Shown here one piece after another: positions 31,965 through 40,760 of a DNA stretch of 64,000 nt. Below the pieces are notes generated by a model, which searched no databases, was not told where the DNA came from, and saw only the letters and a program-made list of their open reading frames with translations. The stretch comes from an uncultured delta proteobacterium (GTDB lineage Bacteria > Desulfobacterota > Desulfomonilia > Desulfomonilales > Desulfomonilaceae). The stretch lies in contig CAWBKB010000001.1 in the NCBI GenBank assembly GCA_963789265.1, forward strand, positions 2,112,001-2,176,000, in the 5' to 3' direction. A program made the position numbers and the translations under genes. Position 1 is the stretch's first letter. Every line of letters starts with the position of its first letter.

Positions 31965-32509
31965 GCCGCCCCTGTTTGTTCCCAATGGTCCGCTTCACGG
32001 GGATAGTGATCCTCACGGTCACTTTTCTTTATTGGGGCTTCGTCGATACTGCCGCTGCCAAAGGCAAAGCGGCTCGGAATACGATTGGGATTGTATTCTT
32101 TGCCGAACACGATTGTCCTCACTGCGAAAGTGTGGAGGACCTGTTGCAAGTGCTGAAGATCAAATATCCACTTCGGATTAAGAAATTCGACGTTGAGAAG
32201 GAGGCTGATTACAAGCTTCTCAAGCGTATTGAATCAATTCACTCGGCCGAGAAATTGTCGGTGCCGGTTATTTTGGTGGGAGAATCCATAATCATGGGCG
32301 AGGATGAAATTAACGCCAAGCTCGAGAAGACGGTACGCGCCTTGGCCCGCTCCGGAGGCTCGCCTTTCCCATACCTCGGGTCGACCCGAACCAGGCACCG
32401 ACAACCGAAATCCGTCTCTTCGCGCCGTAAATGCGACCGAGGGGGCGGGCCTCCCCAGGTGACCGACGAGTTGAGTAATCTACGGAAATTTATAGAGAAC
32501 CTATTTTAG
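31961..32509 (+). CDS. Exported glutaredoxin/thioredoxin-fold protein (CPHC)
   Basis: Signal/TM segment, DCPHC, SVPVILVG cis-Pro motif. Confidence 0.8.
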   Translation: MSRPCLFPMVRFTGIVILTVTFLYWGFVDTAAAKGKAARNTIGIVFFAEHDCPHCESVEDLLQVLKIKYPLRIKKFDVEKEADYKLLKRIESIHSAEKLSVPVILVGESIIMGEDEINAKLEKTVRALARSGGSPFPYLGSTRTRHRQPKSVSSRRKCDRGGGPPQVTDELSNLRKFIENLF

Positions 32510-32899
32510 GGAATTCCAGGCGCATCCTGTTCGGCCGCGCTCACTGCATGAGTGTAAAATCGCCTGCAATTCGCAAAACGCCGTTTTCAGTAGAAACACG
32601 AGGTCTATTGTCCATCAGTGCAAGCCATTCGAACAATCATCATTTGTCTTATCGCTCTTTGCTTAGCCGGTTCCTGCGCCTGAATGAATTCCGTTTGCCG
32701 GCGGGTGCCCGGTCAACAGACGCCCTCTCAAACATCGGCCGCGCCTGCGCCCTGTCCTCCTGGTTCGCTGTTTTGTCCACTGTTCAAGGGAAGTGAAAAA
32801 TAGAGGCTTGGCACGTTCAGGTCTTCTTTCCGGCGAGAGTAGTGGACATATTAAAAAGGGAGCGGGAATTAGAATAGAAGTTTTCTCCTCACAAAGGGG

Positions 32900-32928
32900 T
32901 TGACTATATGAGGATATATGAATATTAT
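32900..32928 (+). promoter_or_regulatory. Sigma70 promoter of the hesB-like/fmdB-like operon
   Basis: TTGACT-N17-TATTAT. Confidence 0.65.
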
Positions 32929-32973
32929 GCGTTCATACCGGTTGCCCGAGAAATTCTGTGTAAGAGGTGACGC

Positions 32974-33264
32974 ATGTTTACAATAGAGGACGAGGCTCGC
33001 AACTATTTCAAGTCGAAATTGGGCGAGAAGCAAGCTGTCCGTGTATACTTCGGCGGCTACGGTTGAGGAGGGCCCAGCATGGGCTTGGCTCTGGATGAGC
33101 CCCGTGATGGTGATTTGACTTATGAGGTTGACGATCTTACGGTTATCGTTGACCCCTTTGCCCTCAAAGTGATCAAAGAATCAGGCGGCATCAATATACG
33201 CTCGAGCGTCTTCGGACCAATGGCGGAGTTGGAGAGTTGCGCAGCCGGTGGCTGTAGCTGCTGA
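32974..33264 (+). CDS. HesB/IscA-like selenoprotein (UGA 33064-33066 = Sec)
   Basis: ATG after GAGGTG gives MFTIEDEARNYFKSKLGEKQAVRVYFGGYG-U-GGPSMGLALDEP...GGCSC; SECIS-like GGCTC-TGGAT-GAGCC at 33087-33101. Confidence 0.85.
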
Positions 33265-33280
33265 TGTGAGGGGAGTCGAT

Positions 33281-33484
33281 ATGCCGATCTACGAATTCTC
33301 TTGTAATCGTTGCGGAAACCAGTTTGAGACGCTGGTTTTTCACTCCGGCGAAGAAGAAGTACGTTGCCCTGCCTGCGGTTCCAGTGAAACGAAGAAGATT
33401 TTGTCCGCATTTTCATGCTCGTCATCGAGCAAGAGTATTGGAGCTAGATGCAGCTCATCGTCTCCCGGACATTCGTGAGGTTAG
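33281..33484 (+). CDS. FmdB-family zinc-ribbon protein, probable C-terminal Sec-Gly
   Basis: MPIYEFSCNRC...CPACGS; ends GHS-TGA-GGT-TAG followed by hairpin ACCGCG-GTG-CGCGGT (ends at 33478 if UGA is a stop). Confidence 0.8.
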
Positions 33485-33686
33485 CGACGGACCGCGGTGC
33501 GCGGTAGTCAAAAGTGGAATCGTTTAGCAATATAACATGAGCGCGAGGGCTCCGACAAAGTTTGGAGTTCTGATTCCCGAGTTCCGCCCGGTGTCCCGCA
33601 GCTCGCGGGCTCTGCCCGCAACTGCCTTTATTTCACTATCATAATCGAGGCAGAGCCTTTCGGGCAGGCATTCCCAGGCAGAGCCC

Positions 33687-33874
33687 CATAGGCGCTAACT
33701 TAACCCCGTGAAACGCGGAGTTCCCCCCTTTCGTAAAGGGGGGCCAGGGGGGATTTTGGGATAACTACTTGAAAATCCCCCTCAATCCCCCTTTAGAAAA
33801 GGGGGACTTTGATCTCCCTCGGCCTTCACGGACTTCCTGAAAAGGAACGAAATTGCCTTAAGTTAACGCCTATG
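33687..33874. mobile_element. 188-bp CAT...ATG MITE (IS4/IS231-like ends) with 11-bp target duplication
   Basis: TIRs CATAGGCGCTAACTTAA / TTAAGTTAACGCCTATG; flanks AGGCAGAGCCC / AGGCAAAGCCC. Confidence 0.75.
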
Positions 33875-34048
33875 AGGCAAAGCCCGAGAACGAGAAAAAT
33901 GGTTTCCCTGCCTGTCGTTTCCACGTGTGCGGAATGACTGGCGGGTAAAAAACTTGAATGATCATTCAGACTCGGGTTGGCCTGATCATAAGCCCCGGAA
34001 AGAAGGGAAGATTCGTCCGTCGTTCCACCTTCTGTAACTTTACCTACA

Positions 34049-35323
34049 TCAATCCCACTTGCGAACGTCTACGATCATCTTCTGATCGTCCGGCAGCTTT
34101 CCGGGATCAACAATTCTGACAACGCCCTTCAGCTTGAAAACTTCTCGAATTGTCTGCTCTATTGCAGGAACAAGTCCCTCTCGCGGCGGCTGCTTGAGCT
34201 CGACCTCGAGTGTCATAACGTCCAAATCCTGCGGCCGCTCAACCAAGAGCCTGGCTCGTGCAATTTCCGGGTGGGTGTCGACGACTTTCTGGACCTGTGA
34301 AGGATGCACGAACATCCCCTTCACCTTGGTGAGCTGATCGGCGCGGCCCATGATGCGGGTCAGGCGCGGGCCGGTCCGCCCGCACGGGCACGGGTCATCC
34401 ACGAGGCTTGAAAGGTCACCCGTCCCAAATCGCACCAGAGGGTAGATCCTGTTGTTGCAGGTCACCACAACTTCGCCTGCCTCTCCATCCGGGACGACTT
34501 GCCCTGTGTTCGGATCGCAGATCTCCACTATCACATCGTGATGGATGTGCATGCCGTTTACCTGAGGGCACTCGTACGATACACATCCCACGTCTGCGGT
34601 GCCGTAAGCCTGCCGCCCAATCAGATGGTAATCGTCCACCAACCTCTTCCGTAGCGATCCCGGCAACATTTCCGCCAAGAGGAATCCGATTTCCAGGCTG
34701 AATTCCTCTGCCACTCGGATGCCCATCTCTTCAGCCTTTTTAAAAATAGCCATAAGAAAGCTCGGCGTACCGATGTAACCGTTCACTCCGAGGTCCTTCA
34801 TAATTCCGACCTGTGCTTCTGTATTCCCGACACCGGTGGGGATGATTGTGGCACCGAGTTCCGACACCCCTTCTTCAAACATGTGTCCCGCGGGAGTCAG
34901 GTGGTACGCGAAGGTGTTGACCACCAGATCTCCGGGTCTGAACCCAGCGGCGTATAAAGCGCTTTTCCAACGCCAGTAATCGGGAACCTTTCCCACTGGA
35001 TCGTAAATGGGCCCGGGCGATTGATGTATCCTGACTAAATTGGAAGCGGAAACAGTTAGGAATCCTCCAAACGGTGGTTTCGCCTTCTGCGCACTCGAAA
35101 GATCCCTCTTTCTGGTGATGGGGATTTTCTGCAGATCATCGATGGTTCTCATATCCGAGGGGTTGACCCCCTCGGCGTCCATGGCAGTTTTCAGAGGCGT
35201 TCCCGCAGCGTAAGCGTGGGCAATCACTTGCTGGAGAAACTCTACTTGATAAGAGCGTCTCTCGTCCGCAGAAAACTTCTCCTGCGGATTTAGTATCCCG
35301 GAATTCCTATCTACTTGGCGCAT
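34049..35323 (-). CDS. Phenylacetate-CoA ligase (PaaK) family protein
   Basis: LQKIPITRK, QSPGP P-loop variant, GTPSFL, AYGTADVG, PLVRFGTGD, GRADQLTKVKGMFVHP. Confidence 0.88.
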   Translation of the reverse strand: MRQVDRNSGILNPQEKFSADERRSYQVEFLQQVIAHAYAAGTPLKTAMDAEGVNPSDMRTIDDLQKIPITRKRDLSSAQKAKPPFGGFLTVSASNLVRIHQSPGPIYDPVGKVPDYWRWKSALYAAGFRPGDLVVNTFAYHLTPAGHMFEEGVSELGATIIPTGVGNTEAQVGIMKDLGVNGYIGTPSFLMAIFKKAEEMGIRVAEEFSLEIGFLLAEMLPGSLRKRLVDDYHLIGRQAYGTADVGCVSYECPQVNGMHIHHDVIVEICDPNTGQVVPDGEAGEVVVTCNNRIYPLVRFGTGDLSSLVDDPCPCGRTGPRLTRIMGRADQLTKVKGMFVHPSQVQKVVDTHPEIARARLLVERPQDLDVMTLEVELKQPPREGLVPAIEQTIREVFKLKGVVRIVDPGKLPDDQKMIVDVRKWD

Positions 35324-35405
35324 GCCGTCCTCCTTGGATTCGTTGGAGACTGCGATAAAGATTTCTTGAGCAGAGAAACACGCACACTTGCATGGAGCCA
35401 CAGAT

Positions 35406-35485
35406 TGTCATTGCGAGCGGAGCGAAGCAATCTTCTTCACTGACAGAGCTCAGATTGCTTCGTCGCTTCACTCCTCGCAATGACA
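35406..35485. repeat. GTCATTGCGAG...CTCGCAATGAC palindromic repeat
   Basis: Second copy at 44913-44988. Confidence 0.75.
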
Positions 35486-35526
35486 AAGGACCTGCGATTC
35501 TCAGCGTAAGTAAACGCTTAACCTTA

Positions 35527-35669
<143 letters not shown>

Positions 35670-35769
35670 GAGGCAGACAGGGCGCGCCGTGCCCGAAGGG
35701 GCTCGAAATCAGCGGCGGTCATGGGCCGCCCTACCCGCTCTAAATAAAAAGGTTAAATCGCACCTTACT

Positions 35770-37398
35770 TCAAAAAATGCTCGGCTCCCTGAATTCTCCG
35801 AAGACCTGTCTGAAAACGTCCGCCATTTCGCCAACCGTGCAATAGGCTTCGCAACAGTCAACGAGCGCGGGCATTACGTTCTCCTTTCCTCGTGCAACAC
35901 TCTCGAGTGCCTTCAGCGTCCGTGAAACCTCCGAGCTGCTGCGTTCCGACTTCATGCGCTTAAGGCTGTCGATCTGCTTCAATTGGGTTTGCGGGTCGTA
36001 TTCATGGAGTTCCACGTCCGGCTCGGCTTCATCAACGTATTTGTTCACCCCGATCTTTATGTACTCCCCTGTCTTGATCCCCCGTTCCCAATCGTACGCC
36101 TGTTGCGAGACCAGTTTCTGCACGAATCCGCTCGATACCGCTTCTATCATCCCGCCGACATCCTGAATTTTCCTCCGCTCCTGTTCTATTTTGTCTTCCA
36201 TCTGTTTGGTGAGGGTCTCGACAAAATAGGAGCCGGCCAGAGGATCTACGGTGTCGCGCAGCCCGATTTCATCCATGAGCAATTCGCAGGTTCGTAGCGA
36301 CAAGAGCGCGGCCCTCGGGGTGGGAATCGTGAAAGCCTCGTCAAAAGAGCAGAGAGCCGTGGTCTGAGCTCCTGCCAGAGCGGCCGCGAGCGCATAATAC
36401 GAACTGCGTATGATGTTGTTTTCCGGCTGAGCTTTGGTCAGTCCGAATCCGCCTCCGCCGAAAAGTCCTCTCAGATGCATGGATTGCGGCCTTTTCGCGC
36501 CGTATTTCTCCTTTAGGTTCTTGGCCCATAGCTTGCGCGCAGCTCTGAACTTCGCCACCTGCTCCCAGATGTTGCCGAATATGTTGAAATTAAAGGTGAT
36601 TCCTCGTGCCACGTCGTCCACGGAGAGGCCGCGAGACAGCGCTTCATCGATATAGGTGTCGGCTATCTCTAAGGCAAATCCGATCTCCTGGGCTGGATTG
36701 GCTCCGGATTCTCGAATATGATAACCGCAAACCGAGACCGGATTGCACCGCGGAAGAGTGGTAATGGAATACTCTATAGTGTCACCAATGAGACGCACCG
36801 CGTCTTCAACCGGGTAGATCCAAGCGCCGCGGCCTATCATTTCCTTAAGGATGTCATTTTGGGGGGTTGCACTGATGCGGGTGACATCGAATCCTCGTTT
36901 CTCGGCCATTGCTTGATACATTGCCAGCATGACGCAAGCGACCGCGTTTATTGTCAACCCGGATCCGATTGTGTCCAGTTGAATGTCCGCGAAGGCGACT
37001 TCGAAGTCTCGCAGGGTGTCCACAGCCATACCTACCCGCCCAACTTCGCCGTCTACTATGGGATTGTCCGAGTCGTATCCCATCTGGGTGGGCAGATCAA
37101 AGGCCACATTAAGTCCGGTCTGGCCGTGCGAAATCAGGAGCTTGAACCGCTCGTTCGTCTCGCTGGGGGTGCCGAATCCTGAATATTGGCGGGTTGTCCA
37201 AGCGCGAGAGCGGTAACCTTCAGGGTGAATTCCTCTGGTAAAAGGGTATTCCCCGGGGTCCGCAAGATCTTGATCGTAATCGAAGCCAATCTCTTCGAGA
37301 TCTTCCGGGCAATATTTGGTTTTCACTTTGATCCCCGACTGGAGGATCACGTCTTCAATGCCATCCTTGTTATTCTTTATGTATTTGGCTACACCCAT
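35770..37398 (-). CDS. B12-dependent acyl-CoA mutase, large (substrate-binding) subunit, methylmalonyl-CoA mutase family
   Basis: PGEYPFTRGIH, WTTRQYSGFG, AFDLPTQMGYDSD, QNDILKE, GYHIRESGA, DPLAGSYFVE; no B12-binding domain. Confidence 0.92.
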   Translation of the reverse strand: MGVAKYIKNNKDGIEDVILQSGIKVKTKYCPEDLEEIGFDYDQDLADPGEYPFTRGIHPEGYRSRAWTTRQYSGFGTPSETNERFKLLISHGQTGLNVAFDLPTQMGYDSDNPIVDGEVGRVGMAVDTLRDFEVAFADIQLDTIGSGLTINAVACVMLAMYQAMAEKRGFDVTRISATPQNDILKEMIGRGAWIYPVEDAVRLIGDTIEYSITTLPRCNPVSVCGYHIRESGANPAQEIGFALEIADTYIDEALSRGLSVDDVARGITFNFNIFGNIWEQVAKFRAARKLWAKNLKEKYGAKRPQSMHLRGLFGGGGFGLTKAQPENNIIRSSYYALAAALAGAQTTALCSFDEAFTIPTPRAALLSLRTCELLMDEIGLRDTVDPLAGSYFVETLTKQMEDKIEQERRKIQDVGGMIEAVSSGFVQKLVSQQAYDWERGIKTGEYIKIGVNKYVDEAEPDVELHEYDPQTQLKQIDSLKRMKSERSSSEVSRTLKALESVARGKENVMPALVDCCEAYCTVGEMADVFRQVFGEFREPSIF

Positions 37399-37686
37399 GA
37401 TTGCCTTCCTGTGTGGGAAATGTGCTCGCTGGATCCCTGAGCGCTGCGTTTCACAAACATAGCGTCGTTTGCAGAGTAGGACCGGCATCTTGCCGGTTAG
37501 CAGCAAGAGCGATTGATCGGCAAGATACCCGCCTTATTGCGGGCTGCCGCAACGTGGTAGAGTCGCCAATCTTCAAGTTCTCTCTAGACCCGTGGTAGGG
37601 CGGGCCATGCCCGCCCGCGCCCGACATTAGCCGCGGCCACGGGCCGCCCTACCTGCTCCAGATCCGGCGCCAAAGTAACCGAGAGC

Positions 37687-38883
37687 CTAAATGACGCCGT
37701 CGGCCCTCATAGCAGCCAGTTCATTTGCACTCATGCCCAACTCAGTTCCATAAACGGCTTCATTGTGCTCGCCGAAGCGAGGGGGAAATGTGAGCGTCCG
37801 ATGATTCGCCTCAAGGAACGGTCCGGACACAGGTGGAGGGGCCAGAGTGAGTTCGAAGCCGGACTTTTCATCTCTGGCCTTTATCAACTTGCCGCAAACC
37901 AGAGGGTCCCGGGCCACATCCGTTACTGTGTTGATTTTGGAGGCAGCGACGCCGATACTGTTCATCAATCCCAAAAGGGTGTTTGTGTTCATTTTGCAGG
38001 TGGTTTCAGAGATCATCTTGTTTATTTTGTCCACATCAGCGATTCGGCCCGCATTCTTCCTGTACGAATCCTTGGCAAGCGACGAGAACTCGGGCAGGGA
38101 CGAGAACGCCTGGAACTGTTTGTCATTACCTACCGCAATATAGACATAGCCGTCGGAAGTGGGATACACCGACACAGGAGCAAAGAATTCGTGGGTGTTC
38201 CCTCGTCGGGAGATCTTTTTGCCAAACGAACAGGTCATAGTGATAGGCACCGTCAGCCAAGAAGGTAGGTACTTTCGAACATGGAGATGTCGACTCGACT
38301 TCCTTTGCCTGTCATGGCTTTGACGAAAAGCGCCTTCATGATAAGGCCGTAGGCATGCTCGCTCGTTCCCATGTCGGGCAGCGGGATTCCAACCACCTGC
38401 GGAGTGCCTCCGGCCTCGCCCGTCAACTCCATGAGTCCGCCACGGGCTTGAAGGATCGGATCGGTACGCGACCTCATTGCTATCAGGACCGAACCCCGTG
38501 ATTCCGAGCCAGATCAGGTCTTCCTTGACCGACCTCAACGTTTCGTAGTCTATGCCCAGTTTGGTGTAATTCCTCGGGAGTTGATTCGTGGCAAAGATGT
38601 CGACTTTCAATTCGCGTATAAGCCGTGCCAATATCTCCTTGCCTCTGGGTTCGGCCAAATTAAGGGTGATGGCTTCCTTTCCCGCGTTTATGGCCATAAA
38701 ATAACTATTCATCCGCTCCTCTCCATCAAGGAACGGCTCCCCGACGAGCCTGTTAGGGTCGCCATAGATAGGGTGCTCAACCCGGATTACGCGGCAACCA
38801 TCTATTGCCAGCCGGTAGGTGAGATAAGGTAGGACTGTGGCTTGTTCCAGGGATAGCATCCTGATGTTCCCGAAGAGATCCAT
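37687..38883 (-). CDS. CaiB/BaiF class III CoA-transferase (frameshifts near 38465 and 38270)
   Basis: LEQATVLP, RVIRVEHP..GDPNR, NAGKEAITLNL, GITGFG; middle part in ORF 38253..38477; PPRFGEHN C-terminus. Confidence 0.87.
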   Translation of the reverse strand: MDLFGNIRMLSLEQATVLPYLTYRLAIDGCRVIRVEHPIYGDPNRLVGEPFLDGEERMNSYFMAINAGKEAITLNLAEPRGKEILARLIRELKVDIFATNQLPRNYTKLGIDYETLRSVKEDLIWLGITGFGPDSNEVAYRSDPSSPWRTHGVDGRGRRHSAGGWNPAARHGNERACLRPYHEGAFRQSHDRQRKSSRHLHVRKYLPSWLTVPITMTCSFGKKISRRGNTHEFFAPVSVYPTSDGYVYIAVGNDKQFQAFSSLPEFSSLAKDSYRKNAGRIADVDKINKMISETTCKMNTNTLLGLMNSIGVAASKINTVTDVARDPLVCGKLIKARDEKSGFELTLAPPPVSGPFLEANHRTLTFPPRFGEHNEAVYGTELGMSANELAAMRADGVI

Positions 38884-38915
38884 CTGCCTGCTCTCCTTCC
38901 GTTGGGACAATGATG

Positions 38916-39007
38916 TTGACAGTGATTTTCCGAGTGCCTATGATGGGTTGGCTGAAAGGACAGCAATCCTTTGTAACCAGTTAATCCGATAAGAACAGTC
39001 GTGTCAA
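38916..39007. promoter_or_regulatory. Face-to-face sigma70 promoters for the two divergent catabolic operons
   Basis: Plus TTGACA-N17-TATGAT (38916-38944); minus TTGACA-N17-TTAACT (39007-38979). Confidence 0.6.
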
Positions 39008-39106
39008 GCTCATTGCAGAGTCTCGAACAACTTCCGTGAGAACGCTTTACGTGCCGTCAGTTACCGATCCCATGCCCTCTTGAAACCGGACATTCGAGGA
39101 GCACCA

Positions 39107-40130
39107 ATGCGCCTGCCTTCTTTCGCCTACCATGCGCCGCACAGCCTGGATCAAGCATTGAAAATCAAGGGGGAACTTGGCACGCAGGCCGCGTTTCTTG
39201 CCGGCGGCACCGATCTTATAGTGAATCTTAAACATCGGCTTTCTTCCCCCTCAGCCCTCGTCAGTTTACGGAATATCAAAGAGATCAAAGGGATCGAAGT
39301 CAAACCCGATGCCGTGATCGTAAAGGCGGCAACCTCCCTGATAGAGATAAAAAGCAATGAGGCTGTTCGCACTCACTTCCCTATCCTCGTGAAGGCCGTA
39401 GAATCCATAGGTGCGCTGGGGATCCAGGGTTTTCGAGGCACGATAGGGGGAAATCTTTGTCTGCAACCTCGCTGTATCCTCTATAACCAGTCGCTCTTCT
39501 GGCGGACCGGCAAAACAAAATGCCACCGAACAGGAGGCAAAGAGTGTCTTGCCCTTCAGGGCTCCGAATCGTGCAACTCCATCTGCTCGGGCGACACTGT
39601 CCCGGTGCTGGCGGCCTTGTCCGCGCAACTTTCTATCGCAGGGAGCGGCGGCCAAAGGACGGACCCGGTGGCGGATTTCTTCACGAACAAGGGAGAAAGT
39701 CCTTTTAATCTTGCTCCGGATGAGATTGTAACCGCGATACGAATACCCATCCCGTGGGCGCCGATGTCCTGGTCCTATCAGCGTCTTAGTCTCAGGTCCG
39801 CAGTTGATTTTCCTCTCGTCAACGCGGCCGCAGCGGCGATAATTGACAAGGGAAGAGTTGAAAGCTTCCGGCTAGTACTTTCCGCTCTAGGCCCGGGACC
39901 TCTGGGTACTCAAAGAAGCTGAAGCCATTGTGAGAGGGAGAAAACCGGATAACGCAATGGTCCATGAAGCAGGCGAGATCGCTCGGCGAACCGCAGAAGG
40001 CGTGGTTGTTGAGAATGCTGTAACTTCCAAAGCCTACAGAGTCAAGATGGCCGCGGTTATGGCTAGGCGGGCCGTAGAAGAGGCGCTAGCTCTTGGTTCA
40101 TCTCAGTCCGCGGTAATTGAGGGTCAATAA
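39107..40130 (+). CDS. Xanthine-oxidase-family FAD subunit with HcrB-type [4Fe-4S] insert (frameshift near 39900)
   Basis: AGGTDL, TIGGNLC, RCILYNQSLFWR...C..C..C insert; C-terminus in ORF 39930..40130. Confidence 0.88.
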
Positions 40131-40621
40131 TGAAGAAACAGCTCGTTACTATGACCGTCAACGGCAATGAAATCGAGATTGCCGTGACCCCCAACAGCAC
40201 GCTGCTGGAAGTTCTTCGCGACGAGCTTGGCTTCACGGGCGTCAAGGAAGGTTGTTCCGAAGGCGTGTGCGGAGCGTGTACCGTTCTCCTGGACGGAGCG
40301 CCGGTAAGGTCGTGCCTCACACTGGCCCTTGAAGCCGAAGGCACGTCCATCACCACTATTGAGGGACTCGCTTCTGATGGGAGGCTCCACCCTGTTCAGC
40401 AGGCATTCATAGATCACGGGGCTGTCCAGTGCGGATTCTGCACTCCGGGTATGATACTCTCGTCCAAAGCGTTGCTGGATAGGAGCCCTCATCCCACGGA
40501 TGAAGAGATCAAGACTGCTCTGGCCGGCAATTTTTGCCGATGCACGGGGTACAAAAAGACTCTTGAGGCAGTTCGGTCCGTGGCGAGACAAAATACCACA
40601 GAGACGGGCGAGAAAGGTTAA
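40130..40621 (+). CDS. Xanthine-oxidase-family 2x[2Fe-2S] subunit
   Basis: GCSEGVCGAC, QCGFCTPG, CRCTGY. Confidence 0.95.
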   Translation: MKKQLVTMTVNGNEIEIAVTPNSTLLEVLRDELGFTGVKEGCSEGVCGACTVLLDGAPVRSCLTLALEAEGTSITTIEGLASDGRLHPVQQAFIDHGAVQCGFCTPGMILSSKALLDRSPHPTDEEIKTALAGNFCRCTGYKKTLEAVRSVARQNTTETGEKG

Positions 40622-40633
40622 CCAACACAGTGT

Positions 40634-40667
40634 CAGTAGGACCGTCCCGCGCGGAACGGTCCTACTG
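40634..40667. repeat. GTAG-type REP-like hairpin
   Basis: CAGTAGGACCGT...ACGGTCCTACTG. Confidence 0.6.
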
Positions 40668-40760
40668 TGGCAATGGAGCCACGTCGATCACCAGGAAAAT
40701 GCCGCCGAGTTTGAAAAGTGAATTACTTGGTCCCATCTGAACCAGTCGGAGGCGAAGACA

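Noticed and set aside
32808..32825. TGGCACG as a sigma54 promoter
   Set aside because: No TTGC at the -12 position
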